Shown: positions 1 through 13,315 of the stretch, in pieces
Layout of the letters: every line of letters begins with the position of its first letter
Position numbering within the stretch: the first letter of the stretch is position 1
Origin: Antedon mediterranea
Taxonomy: Eukaryota > Animalia > Echinodermata
Assembly (NCBI RefSeq): GCF_964355755.1
Contig: NC_092675.1
Coordinates: forward strand, 21,920,912-21,984,911
Length of the DNA stretch: 64,000 bases
Reading direction: 5' to 3'
The notes under the pieces: model-generated
What the model was told of the DNA's origin: nothing
Databases searched by the model: none
What the model saw: the letters and a program-made list of their open reading frames with translations, nothing else
Position numbers and translations under genes: made by a program

Positions 1-1114
1 CATTAACAACATATCTAAAAAAGAAACATCCATTTTTTTTGGTATGCTAAATGTAATTAAACCATTAACACAAATCCTTTTTTCTTAGAAAATCGTCTCA
101 AGTGTCACAAACATTAAATAAATTATATACAATGTTTTTGTAAAAACTAATTTGTATAGAATACAATCTGTGCTTAATTCCATTATAGTAAATTAAGTTT
201 TGCAATCGTATACAGTAATTACAATAGTCTCTAGCCAAGTAATGATGATGTTAAAAATATTGATAATCAGTTTAGAAGCACAAGTGCTCCCTGACGGCAC
301 AGTGGCTATAGAAGCTTATTTGGATTGAAGTGAACATACACTTTCTTGGCGGGCATTCTCTAACTTTTATACACACATTTAAGTTCATCCTTGCCATTTG
401 ATTGGTTAATTTAACATACATTATTTGGACTGGTCAATGCTCTCCTGATGGTACAACAAGTTTTCTTAGATAAACACTTAAAACTGGAAGCCCAAAGACT
501 CGATCCTTTGAAAGATGAAGAGGTCACCCTGTTGTACTTGACCAACTCAGCCCTGTCGTTGGTAGACAGAAGAATGAGCGGCGTTTGGTGTAAGCTCGAA
601 GAGACCCTTATTAAGGAAGATGTCCACACCTGTACGTAATTCAACCTAGTTAGACTGTGACACATATTATCCTCCAACACATTTACTTTTTTTTTAAGTG
701 ATGGCCTATGAATAATGCAATAATAAAGCTATGTAAATCAACCTTTCTATTGTAAAGTGTTGAAAAGTATTAATAATATGCCTAATAAAGAGATTTAGGT
801 AAATTGGCGTGAGTCACATAGGCCGGGATAGATCCATTGAAGGCCAAATGTTACCTTACGTTATGAGTAATAACATTACCCTTGTTGTAAATGTTGTTGC
901 ATGTAAAGGCTGATATTGCTAGGCCTGATACTATTGATCCCCAATAAGGAAATGTTACACTGATTTAAATTAAATATAAATCAATAGAGCATGGGTTTTG
1001 TACACCATCTAATAATAGCATTGGCGATGAAAACTTAAAGCTTGCATGAAACACATTTCTGGTATAGTTTTTTATCAATTGAATCAAATGTTATGCTTAT
1101 AAAATCAGTGTCTA

Positions 1115-1505
1115 AGGTCCATTTACACTAGACCGATAACGATAAATAGATATACATACATTTTTCTTGCATAAAAGAAAGAAAAATTAGAAAAGTTTTT
1201 GTTCTAAAACTATAGGATAATCATTTATGCTGTCTTTGATAAAAATGTTTTTTTTTAAATCAAATCAAATGATGTCATGATCAATAAAAACAATAACATC
1301 GTTGTATTGTCAAGATATTATTGCTCTTACTAATCATTATTGACGTCATTTGATTGGACGTGTGGAAATATCATTTTCATCAAAGGCAGCATAGATGGCT
1401 ATCCTATAGTTCTAGAAGAGAAACTTGTTAAATTTCTTTTGTTTAAGATATGAAAAATGCATATTTATCTATTTATTGTCAATTATTGTTATTGTAAATG
1501 GGCCT
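1115..1505. mobile_element. Fold-back MITE, PIF/Harbinger-like
   Basis: Ends aggtccatttaca / tgtaaatgggcct; imperfect inverted arms of about 130-150 bp (ctataggata..catttatgctgtctttgat vs atcaaaggcagcatagatggctatcctatag); cta/tta flanks. Confidence 0.7.
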
Positions 1506-2996
1506 TTATTCACAAATATTAATAAGAAATCAGTCTCATGAATCTAGCATATTTACAGTGTATGAAATACTGAAGTGATTGTCTAATAGCTTTACATTTG
1601 TTATGGTTATTTTGCACTTTTCTACCAATATACAGTACCCAGCTTAAAATCTGCAGCCCTAAACCTTTTGTAAATATCAGTGCAAATATAAAACCCATGT
1701 ATTTGCCAGAAATAATTACAATCCCCTCACAGAAACAATGCTTTTGAGAAACTAGGTAATTTTCTCCTGAAAGTTGTTGAAGCATTCATAACAAATACCG
1801 TAGATTGCGTTGGAGACTGTCTGATTTAATGTAAACTAGAACGCTTAATATAATTTGCCATACTTTAATCAGGCATGTAAATTTTTAAATCCTTCATTTT
1901 TCTAAGATTTATTGTGCTTGATGATTTAATATAGTTATTAAATTACTAAATTAGTTTTCATTTTTATTTTGTCTTTCATGGAGGTCACCTAAGTTTAACA
2001 AGTTTTTGAACATTTTTAGGATTTCAGTGGTCTCCCTTTTTTTTTTTATCATCGAATTCAATCTGTACATACAGTATTGTATAAGTTGTCATTTTTACAC
2101 TATTATGAAGATTTCACAGTGACCATAACCAAATTTCTTTTTTAAATTTTCCATTTTAATGTTGTAGTTCTGGTAGTTCAAATTCTATGCATCATAAGAT
2201 CATCTTTTATGGTCTGTTTGATTGTTAAACATCATTCAGATAATTAGGGCCTCTGTAGTCCACACTGCAGTACCTACTGTATCATAAACAACACGGTCTG
2301 TGCTGGACCATTATACCAAAGTAAACTCCACTAGGCCTACTCTTCTGAAAGGTGCGCATGAGATTTGTACATTGGTCGACACCTCCCATTTTTTAAGTTC
2401 ATATGTGAGAAATACCACCAAAACCTCTATACCGTAGCTATGGAGCGCTTTAAACCTGTGCTAATGCTGTGGCTATGATTAGCAGTCCCACATGCCTTAA
2501 CCGATCAGACACTCGACTTGAATACCTGTATTCAGTTGTCCATTGTCTATGACATTTAATAGCTAATTCAAATTTTAAAGATCTAATAAGTAATTCCTAT
2601 TAATAACTTTAAGGTCATTGAGACAGTTGTATTATCACCTAAAACAGGCGTTTAAATTGGCTAAAATTCAGGATTCATGCAATGTTAATATTCACAGAGC
2701 ATGTCATTTTATTAAGGCAAAGCCAAACTGACAGGCAGTATTTTCTTAAGTTGTTATAGAATATATATTACAAGTTTAAAATTTCTATTTAGCATAAAAT
2801 ATCTATCACTTGAAACTATATTTATAATGTTGCTTAATTTGCAACAGCAGTAGTAGCAGAATGTGCTTTGGGAAGTAGGTCCTTTTGAAGTAGGACACTG
2901 GTAAGACAGTATACTAGATTTCATCCCTTAAAATGATGTTAATGTATGCATGGTGTTGATGACTAGAATGATTATTGGAAGCATGTAGGCCTACCC

Positions 2997-3337
2997 TTCT
3001 ACGGCCATACTGCGTTGAAACACCGGTTCTCGTCAGATCACCGAAGTTAAGCAACGTTGGGCCCGGTTGCGTTCTGGATGGGAGACCATCTAGAAATCGT
3101 GGCGGGTGCTGTATATACTGGAGAGTGATGGTGTAATGGTAATATCGGACTAGCATGTGATAGGCATGGGTTCGAGGTTATCTGTACCATACTAATTGCA
3201 TCCTTAGGCAAGATGCTTTACTCTCATTGCCTAATCTGGTAGGCGCTGCACTGCTGGCTGCCGTGGGTCCGTGGAGGGCCTAATCCGAATTTCCTCACTG
3301 AGGACAAACTATTAATACAAAATACAAAAAATACAAA
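2997..3337 (+). mobile_element. Composite SINE: 5S rRNA-derived head, tRNA-derived segment, partial CORE-like block and LINE-like tail
   Basis: 5S-like sequence 2997-3113 without an oligo-T terminator; A box tggtgtaatgg (3129) and B box ggttcga (3169); ccttaggcaagatgctttact; tail aatttcctcactgaggac plus (atacaa)n. Confidence 0.8.
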
Positions 3338-3392
3338 GAACTGTTGCCAGTCCACTCAGGCAGGTACTGCCTTATATTTTTACTTACAAGTA

Positions 3393-3547
3393 CTCACTTG
3401 CCTTGATCAACTTGGCATTCTCTTACTATACTGGCTGTTTTACTTTAATACCGCTTTGATTTTATTTTTTGCTTTGTAATTCAGATCCAGCCATTGATAC
3501 CCACGTCAGCATTGTCATTTTTTTCAGTAATTTACCTTTGGATATAT
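3393..3547 (+). mobile_element. Second, more decayed copy of the 19681-19860 repeat; hammerhead core eroded
   Basis: Shared blocks cacttgc, ctggctg.tttactt, agatccagcca.tga.acccac, cagcattgtcatttt, cagtaattt.cctttgga. Confidence 0.6.
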
Positions 3548-4591
3548 TTTATTTGGAGATCTATGTATAATAATCTAGATTCAACTGCCATCAATCATTT
3601 ATATACTGTAAATTCATTTAGAAAGCATATAAAAATCCTTTATTTATCTTGTTACCAAACCTACTAAATATGTTGCGCACTGTATAATTTATTTAATTGT
3701 ATGCGTTGTATTTGTATATTTATACGGTACCGTTCTTATTTTTGTTTGAATTATTATTATTATTTTAGGGGTCAATGTGAGACAAGTTCTACTTCTAATT
3801 TTGATCCCTAAGATGGTCTTATATTAATTGTTTATGATTGTTTATTGTAATATTGTTTGTTATATATTGTGACCATCTTAAATAAATGTATTATTGAATT
3901 GAATTGAATTGAAGTTAATAATAATTCTTTAGCATCGGTTATCAGTAGTTCCAGTTTTGACATTGCGCATAGCTTTTCTCTCCCTGACTACGTCTATGAT
4001 GATAAAATAATAAATGATATCTTTTTGTTGTTATGTATGCCAAGACATGGCAATAATCTAAACTTTGAATTATAAAAATTTGAATTATAAAATTGCTTTC
4101 AAGTTTTGTATGCATAGTATTATCAAGAAATATTCAAAATCATGTGAGAATTCTACTGTCAAATGCATAATAAACAGTTGGTAAAAAATTAATGTTAGAA
4201 GTGCCGTATATCAAACTGCGTTTGCTGTTGTGATCCCACTAGCCCGATTACAACTATCAACACTTGTCGTGCTAAGTAGTTACTTACATTAGCATTTTCA
4301 AAATTTTAAACAGTTTCCTGTATTTTATTTATAAATAATGGAAACAAGTTGCAGGTTTACTCAAAGGGTCAATTTCTGCTACGAAGAAAAAACAAGTTGA
4401 ATGTGGTGTGAATAAATTACAAGCGTTTTCATGACAGGATAATGAGTGCTCGAGCTCCTGTAAATTTTTTGGGCTCTTACATGGCCGCATTTTCAAACAG
4501 AGCAATTATGTAAACAACTGCTTGTTATGTTTGGTGTCCAGTATTCAATTACTGTAGTATATTTCCCATAGCTGGGCAAGGGGAGGGGATA

Positions 4592-4900
4592 GGTCCTGCG
4601 TGTGGCGCAGGGTGTTGAACGTTGGACTACTGATCGTGAGAACGAGGTTCGAATCCAACTCTCGCCGCATTGCTTGTAACCTTAGGCAAGATACTTTACT
4701 TACGTTTGCCTTTCTCCACCCAGGTGTATAAATGGGTATCCGGTTAGATCAAGACACAACTTTGCGCTGATTACTAGCTGAATTATGGGAGTAGGTTTCC
4801 ATACGTGTTTGATCCAAAAAAATGACTGGGGTAATAATGTTCAGCGCTTAGAGAAGCTTGCTTGTACAGCGCTATATAAGAATGAACTATTATTATTATT
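4592..4900 (+). mobile_element. tRNA-derived CORE-type SINE with L2-like tail
   Basis: A box tggcgcaggg, B box ggttcgaatcc, CORE-like ccttaggcaagatacttt...ccacccaggtgtataaatggg, tail agcgcttagag...agcgctatataag(tat)n. Confidence 0.85.
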
Positions 4901-5116
4901 AATAACATTTTACGTCCCGAGGGCAATTTAAAGTATGTTGAGGTGGTCAGTCATTTCAATGGTTTAGAAAGCACATACTTTTATTCATTTATTTTTATAT
5001 AGCGCATTACATATATCAATGCAGTAAAATCTCTAAAGGAACACGCAGCACTTTGCACATTATGACTATTTGCTCTGTGGTTTGGATAAGATAATGTATG
5101 ACACCACCGCTATATA

Positions 5117-5783
5117 CCGTACTGACGCGGGTATAAGCCCATACTCGGGTATAAGCCCACCCCCAACTTTTGACTAATTTTTCTGAAAAATGAGACACTC
5201 GGGTATAAGCCCACCCATTAATTCGAAGATCTACAGTGCGTGTCGTAATACATTATTTTGTATTCGGCGACGTCCATACACCGAATACACCTACCTTTGA
5301 TCCTAACCAAACTAGGCTAATATACGCTAGGCCATATGAGGCCTAGCGGTCCTGTTTTGTTTACACTCCATCGCGGTCGAAGATCGCTTCACACACGACG
5401 CTACAAGTCGCCAAAATTGAAAACCACTATTTGTTATCGGCTGCCATAAACAAGCTTATTAAATTTCTTTGGTACATTTCTATTTAACGAACATTGTATA
5501 CTTGCTTTTCTGTTTGATAAATTCTTGTTAAATTGATGTTTAAAATAAGATATTCTACGATAAATTACACGAACTATAAGCTTAATTTTCCCACACTCTA
5601 CACCTCGTGTATTTAGAGGCAATGTCGTACACGTGAGGGCGCTCGCTCGCATGGTGGAATACACAGTGTACATTTGCTGTTTTTGACGATCTGCATTTTT
5701 GGATCCTCGGGTATAAGCCCACCCCCCAAACTTGACGTGATTTCATGTTCGAGGGGGGTGGGCTTATACCCGCGTCAGTACGG
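5117..5783. mobile_element. Tc1-mariner/pogo-type MITE, 667 bp
   Basis: Perfect 25-bp TIR ccgtactgacgcgggtataagccca, TA target duplication on both sides, internal repeats of cgggtataagcccac. Confidence 0.9.
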
Positions 5784-6502
5784 TATATGTCTCTATGGCA
5801 ATATTAATTATTGGTCCAAAACTAAGAATATTTTCTCTATATTTATACATAATAATAAACACCAGTGCTTAATTAACTTCTATGTCTCGTTTAGTTACGT
5901 TGTAATTGTATGAACAATATTGAAAATCGTTAGTAATCCAATTAAGCAAAAACACAGGCTTTGTATATTTATGCACAGATTTTAGCAAAGTATTGAATCT
6001 ATTGTTGTTGATCTTCCAGCAGGTGACCAAGGAGAAGATACTTATTCACGATAAGTGACATTCCATATAATCCGTTCTCTTTATCTTTCCAATCTCAACC
6101 ATCCTATTTATAGTTTCTTTTGTTGTTGGTAAACAAAGTATATAATTTACTTATATGGGTTAATAATCAATGCTTTATTGAAGTTAAGGCTATTGCATAA
6201 TTAATTGTGATGTTTTTTTCCTGATTACTATAGAACTGGTTTCACCAGTATAAGATGATGTGTGTTGGCGACAAGACTATCATTTTTGTGTGAGAGCGAT
6301 GTTTTTGCAGACAAATTGGAATCTATGAGATATTTTTTATCAACTTTTAATCAGGTATTTTATTGATTCATACAGTACATGGTTAAAACTATTTTTAAAT
6401 CAGGCCTGCAACAACTTTGAATAATAATAATAATCTTTAATATTTACATTGCAAGCTGAGTTTTATAAATTAAAGCTGAAAGTAGAATTGCTTAATATGT
6501 AT

Positions 6503-6610
6503 CAGGATATTTTGGCCCAGGACGTTTTTGCCCAGGAAGTTTTGCCCTAGGATATTTCTCCCCAGGACGATTTTCCCCAGAACGTTTGCCCCAGGACGTG
6601 TTCTCCCCTG
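6503..6610. repeat. Degenerate tandem repeat of about 14-15 bp (ttttgcccaggacg), about 7 units
   Basis: Directly visible; resembles the subterminal repeat arrays of non-autonomous DNA transposons. Confidence 0.7.
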
Positions 6611-6811
6611 CAGCTTTTCAGTCCATTCAATCATGCTTTAAAGTCCAAATAAATACAAATGGTATGGTAGGAAGGTTTATGTGTACCTTATTATATTTAA
6701 CAATGTAATTTATTAAATTGTGATTTGATGTTTATGGTTGAGTACACATTTTTTTGGCCTGATTTTAAATGATTAAATTATAGGTGACAAGTTGAGAACT
6801 AAACTAAATAT

Positions 6812-7253
6812 AGGTTTACTTTTATAATTGTAAATTTACTCATTCAAAAAATATTTTTGTAAGATGTTTGGAATTTATATTTAATATATGTATTTTGTTG
6901 TTGAATTTCCTCAAGCACATTTTTATTGATGATTATATCCCATAAATTTAAAAAATCAAAATAAGTTCATTCTTCACTAGACTTAAAGCTGGAAATAGTG
7001 CATCCATAAATTTCTTTAATATTTAAGGTGGGGTTTCCTTTAATGTTAAAATATTTATGGGTAAAATTTTGAAAACTTCTGTTTGTTTGTGTAAGAAGTT
7101 TACTTTTATTTATGTGTTTACTCATTCAAAAATGATTTTCGTAAGGAGTTTGGAATTTCGTGTGGTTTAATTTTGAATTTGATATATATTTCGTTGTTGC
7201 AATTTCCTCAAGCAGGTTCTTTATTGGTGATTACTTCCCATAATAAAAATCAA
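6812..7253. repeat. Diverged direct duplication (6812-6960 vs 7098-7253)
   Basis: Shared tttactcattcaaaa...gtttggaattt...aatttcctcaagca...cccataa...aaaatcaa. Confidence 0.75.
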
Positions 7254-10200
7254 CTTGACACTCTGTCATGAGAAAATAGACCTAAGCGAACAAGGAACTA
7301 AAATAAAGGAGCAGGATAGTGTAGGTGTTGCCAGACAGGACTGACAAATCTGATTCTTACATTAAAACCAAAAAAATTGACTTGTGGTAGATTTTAATAT
7401 ATTCTGATAGTGTAATTTAGATTTGGGAAAAAGCAGCATTCCATATAATCATGTCTAAGAAAGAAAGTAACTTCCTCTATCATTAATTATTTTATCTTAA
7501 ACTGTTTAAAAGATTATAAAATCATCACAAAATGGGAATTCATACACGTCATACACCTGATGTGGCAAACAAAACAACAGTTTAAAAAACGTAACGTAAA
7601 AAGGTAATCTCAAATTCATTTAATATTCATGGTTATCTATAACTTTACAGTAGTTCCACTTCCCTAAAACGTATACCTCACCAACTGCACCCTTAGTTGT
7701 TGTACTCTAACCTGTATATACGTACACATTTAGTTTTTTTTAAAGTTACTTCATGTTAATAGTACTTTACTTCTTTATTATGTTTACCTATTAGGGCATG
7801 GATATGATTTTATCAGCTTTTATATTTTATATAATGTAACTATCAGAGCTTGTCATTGTGTTGCATTGGTACAGTACAGTTGTTACTATAAAGTAGGACA
7901 TTATTTATATCTGACACAATATACTCCTGCTTCAGAAAATTCTAATGATTTTTATTTCCGGAAATATTTCAAAGGGCAATATTATACTGAAAATTCAGGT
8001 AAAGTATATTAAAGAATATAGGAGAAAAGTAAATAAAACCAATTTTAAATTCAGTCTGTCTTAAATGTACATCTATGATATGCAGTATCTAACATGCTTT
8101 GCTTTTATGTAATCATAATGATAAAAAAACGAGTGTAGTTTTATTTGCAATCTATAAATTAAACAGAAAGTTGATATTGTAGGTCCTTAGATAAACATTT
8201 GAATTTAGTGATTTCACAGAGAGATTAAAATATCTACATTATCTGCAGCTTTAAACAGTCGATAGCATGGATCTTTCAAATGAAATACTAACAGTTCCCG
8301 AAAGTAAAAGCATTTTTTTTTGTACTGGTATGAAAACAAGCTTAAATTTTCATGAATCTATTTTAAAGTGTTAGGCTTTAAGTGTGAGATTTGCAACTAA
8401 AAGTATCCAACACTTTTCTGTAAAAGGTGTTTCTCTACTAACTTAATGTACTGTACTGAAGGCCTACATGGATTTAGCATGCATTTATTGGTAATTAAGC
8501 ACCATCACCCTGACCATTCACAATAAAGTGCCGAACTTTACTATCATCATCATTTCTTTAAAACAATTATGGAAAATGTACACATTGCAACTGTATGTAT
8601 GTGTATAATGTTTGTTTGCTATCAGACTATGGTACTGTACCTTTCTGATTTTAATCCAATATTTGGATATTTGGTACAGTAAGCGGAATCCATAGCTACA
8701 GTATTTTTATTTATTTTATTTTATTCATTTCGGTAATAAACATAAAAAAATAATTACAAAAACATAAAAATTATAAAAATATAGGCCTAACTTTAATAAC
8801 GCCAGAAAATTGCTGGGTTTGTGAAATTAATGTGATAAAACTTATTGCTGTACCTCATCATTATTATCTTTACCTACAACGTAGTAATGCTTCATAAATG
8901 ATTGTGGAGAGGAAGGGAGAGGCTGAAAAAGTATGTTCACACCTTTGTGCCTCCATTTGTTAAGAAAAAATCTTAAAAAGTGTCAAAATTATAAGTGAAT
9001 TACATGAAACATCGTTATCATTGTCGCTGAGAAGCTTACTTATTAAGATAATTATGTCAATTTTATAGAAATAGTAATATTTAAGATTTTAACCTGTGAT
9101 TATCAATAATGTAAACAGTATCCTAGGGGCTTTTCAGGATGGGTGCTAGATGAAAATTAATCAAAGGCATACCCACTAGGCTACAATCACTCCTAGAAGA
9201 CTTAACTGATGGGGTTAAAATGAAACTTTTATTCAAATGGAAACATTTAACTTCCGTCTGTGCAATATATCCAATTATCAAATGGTAATTACTACCTGCC
9301 ATATTCACTCACTTTCAATACTTCTACATTCATTTTTCATAGTGGCAATGCAGACTTGATCTTTAACATGCCTGCTTACCAGTCCCAAAGTACTGGTTCA
9401 AATCCTGTCTTTCCCTCTCATGATGACAAAACTTTGTTATGGAAATGCCGTCCCCACCCTTATGTCAGAGCATGGAGCTATACTGAGTTCTCAGCTTGCT
9501 AAAATGAATTTCAGTAAGTCTTGATAAAAACAATTTCTGTACAGTAGTAAATAGAACATTTCAGTAGTTTTTTTTAAAGCATTACATCTTATATTATAGT
9601 CATACATACTACATATTCACACATGTTTCTGAGAATGTGCAGAATGGTTTTCTGACTATGCATTATAGTTGCTTGGTTCATCATTGTCTTTTAACGCCTG
9701 TACGATCAGAAAAAACTCTGGAAGCAAGCCTTTTCGTTGTGTGAGTCGTTAATTTGTCCATAATTGTTGTATAATAATAATCCTATATACACATCATTTG
9801 TTTAAACGTAAATCTGAAAGTTTTTCCTTCCTCTTTAGACTTTAATACATGACAATGTAATTTTTTTACATTTTATGATAATATCATGTTTGATATAAGA
9901 CTATACAGATTTCCATATCATTAGATCTTCGCATAAAACCCAATGAAACATATGGTATGATTGTTGGTCTACAGTACATATGGTTATTCAGTTGTAACAT
10001 AATGACATAAAATGGTGTTTGTGACTTGTTTACCACCTGGGTTTTTTAATTTGTGTCAAAACAGATCAATTATGAAAATTTGTCAGTTTTAAGTGGAAGA
10101 GTATAGGGTAGAGATGAAAGGTAGAAGCTGATTCGAACATTTAAAGGTTAGTAGAAGAAGAGAATAGGTACAACTTTCCTTTTATTCATTAAGCTGGATG

Positions 10201-13200
10201 GAAATCGTAAATAGATAAGATGGAACAAATTTTAGGCTTATTGACTCAACTACCAAATAATTTGGCTGATAGAACTTCAACTCATAGTTTTAGGAAATGT
10301 CATCATTACAAATACCAATGGATATCAAATAAGGTAATATAAAATTAGATATTTGAACATCTGGCCTATTTGTGGGCCTTCCATGGGCTAAATAATATTT
10401 AAAGTTGCTTTATTGGTCAAGTTTTAGCTAACTATGACTAAAGTTTGGTTTAAGAATGTTTAGTATACTACATACTATATATATATAGGCCTACTGTTAG
10501 ACTGGATTTTAATGTGATTTGTAGTCTTAACTCTATGTATTTATTTTTTATCACAAAGTTCAATTTTACTAATAATAGAAAGTATTTGTTGTAGGCCTAC
10601 AGTATCACTGATGACATTTATTAAGGCAGTAATGAGATCACAAGACCAACATGTATGGCTTTCAATTATACCATATCCTGTTTGATATATGGTGTATCAT
10701 TTATATCATTAAATCAAGGGATTTACCACCAGTCTTAATTTGAATAATGAAATAACAATTTATTATTAATTACATCATATAAACTATGACCTAGCTCCTC
10801 ATGATGAGCTCATGATGAGATTGTTGTTTTCTGCATCAGATGATATAGTTGATGTATGTGGAAATAATTACTTGATATTAACTATCCTTTTTGATTTTGA
10901 TCAATTGTTTTTAAAGATGGCTGATATCCATTGAGATATTGGCAAACAATAGCAGTGAATGATGTTTCCTCCATTCAGTGTAATGTCCTTTGGTCGCTTC
11001 ACATCTTGGATTACTTTTAAAACAGTAGCTTTCAAAACACAAGAAGATGTGTGTTCATATTTTTCAACTAGTATCCACATGAATAAGCACTCTATCTACT
11101 GTATATACCATTTTTAGGACTAATGTTTACATGTACAGTATTGTATGGTGCACCTATAGTATTTGAATTGACCGCTTATGGAAACTACCTGTTTTAATGT
11201 CGTAGATGAATGTTTATAAATTTTCAATGAAGCGTATGCATAGGGGTCCATAGTATATAGACATAAGGAGTTTTATATTAGGAGTATACAGTTATCCTGT
11301 GAATGTGTTTCTGCTCTATAATTGCCGCCTACAGCAAGTACTTAAAGTATGGTATACCAATTGCATTTGGCTCTTTGTTAAGCCTCTCCCATGTTTTTGT
11401 GACATGGTATCTTTGCAAAAATAAGGACCCTCATCGATTATGTTTTAATAAAGTTTTGGAGAACCATAATAATGTGTTTATTTCACGTTGCATTACTATG
11501 CCCATGTCATAAATTCGGCCATTTAAAGATTTTTTTAAAACAAATATAAATTACTGGAGTCATCTTTAATATTTCCAGTGGTTTAGTTTTTTTCATGGAA
11601 AAAAAAGAAAGAAGGAAGCACATGGATGATTCACTTTCATTTATCTTAAAAATGTGATAACAGTTTTTACATCCTTAATTAAGTATTTCACTTTGACTTT
11701 TCACATTAACCTTCCAGCTGTATTTGCATATTAATATTCTCTTATTCTTCTTGTTTTTGTAATATGAAAAATTGTGTAACCAATCAAAATTTATAAACTT
11801 TCGATTCACATATTTTTATTTTGCTAATGGAAAACAGGCTTAATCTTCTGCTTCATAAGCAGATATTCATAGCATTCAAACACTGAGGCATTTATGGTGT
11901 TCAAGTGAGATCGTAGAACAACTTCTTGGTAAAGTGGAATAACACTATAAGTTCTTGATATTCAACAAGAGATCGAATTCATAAGATCTCATCAAATATG
12001 TTTATTAATATTAGGATATGAATGTTAGTTTTAAACTCTGGTCCTTGACTTACTTTTAATCTTGTTAGTAGGGGAAATATTTTTTTCTGGAATTTTGTTA
12101 TACTTCAATGCCATTTCCAGTCTTAATATATATATATATATCAAAACCAACTGCGAAATTTGTAGGAAATATTATGACATAATTTTTTTTTATACTGGCA
12201 GCTAATATTAAATGTAATTAAAGATTGCCGTACGTAAATAACATTTGTGTTCAACGAGAAAGGGGCCAGTGATAGGATACTTGCATCTATATATAAATTT
12301 ACGTAAGGGCAAAATTCGGTAAATCGCGCCTTACTTCTAGAATTTTCACTCGATGGTATATAAAGTTGGTTCGTACTTTCGGTACTGATTTTAACCACCT
12401 GATGTAACCCTGTTTACTAATTAAATTAAGTTAGATAATTAGTTATTGACGATTAAAACGAATTTAGGTTCAACGATTTGCCCCAAATAGGGGTGTTTTC
12501 CGATCGTGGTATACACTGTCTAATGGATGTCCATCTTGAAAAATACCCGCCACAAAAATGCGAGGAGGCTTCGCATTTTCCTATCTCCTCCTACGATAAT
12601 TGTTTTTAATAGCTGAAAACCGGTTGAACAGCTAGAGTACACCATCATAATGTTGAAGACAGGCCGATTTTCTTTAAAAAATACTATTTTGATAGATTTA
12701 ATATACGATTATACAAATGTATTGATTTGCGATGAATGGAACATCCCAATCTCTCAGTCTGCCAGAGTTTGGTTTAACACAAGTACTGTAGGTAAATTTA
12801 TGAGCCCTTGGTTTAACACATACGGTAGGTAAATATATGGGCCCTTTGAGAATAAACTTGCAATACTTTGACAATACTGTAAATAACTATTTTTGGTCCT
12901 CATTTGAATCGAACATTTCTTACTGTGAATGTTCGTCCTGTTAGATAATAATAAACTGTATTACTGACATTGTGGATAGGCTCTACTGTTAGATATATAA
13001 ACACATTATTATATACAAATACACTTTATACTGACAGTTCCTTCTCAACGTTTGTATTAATTAATAATTACCAAAAATATAAACGTCGTAGTGGTGTATC
13101 GTGACATGTACTTTAATATTTCAATCGATTATGACAGTGACAGTTTTAACAAAGTATTAAATCGCAAATGTTTTACTGTATTTAGAGGTATATTATGTAT

Positions 13201-13315
13201 AGGCTTATAAAACATGAACAAAATATTTCGTTACTGAGTGGATAAAGAATATATTTAAAAATGTTTCCTCTTTTTACCTATCCGCTTTCCCATCCCTCAA
13301 CCCTAATGTTACATA

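Noticed and set aside
411-680. ORFs 448..639 (+) and 411..680 (-)
   Set aside because: They lie in a decayed SINE-like segment resembling the Deu/Nin-type relics elsewhere; no domain or splice support.
2997-3113. Functional 5S rRNA gene (also 14468-14580)
   Set aside because: The 3' halves are diverged, there is no oligo-T terminator or tandem array, and both run into SINE bodies with A-rich tails.
6503-6610. CRISPR-like array (also 23200-23260)
   Set aside because: The units are adjacent and degenerate with no unique spacers, there are no cas genes, and the context is eukaryotic.
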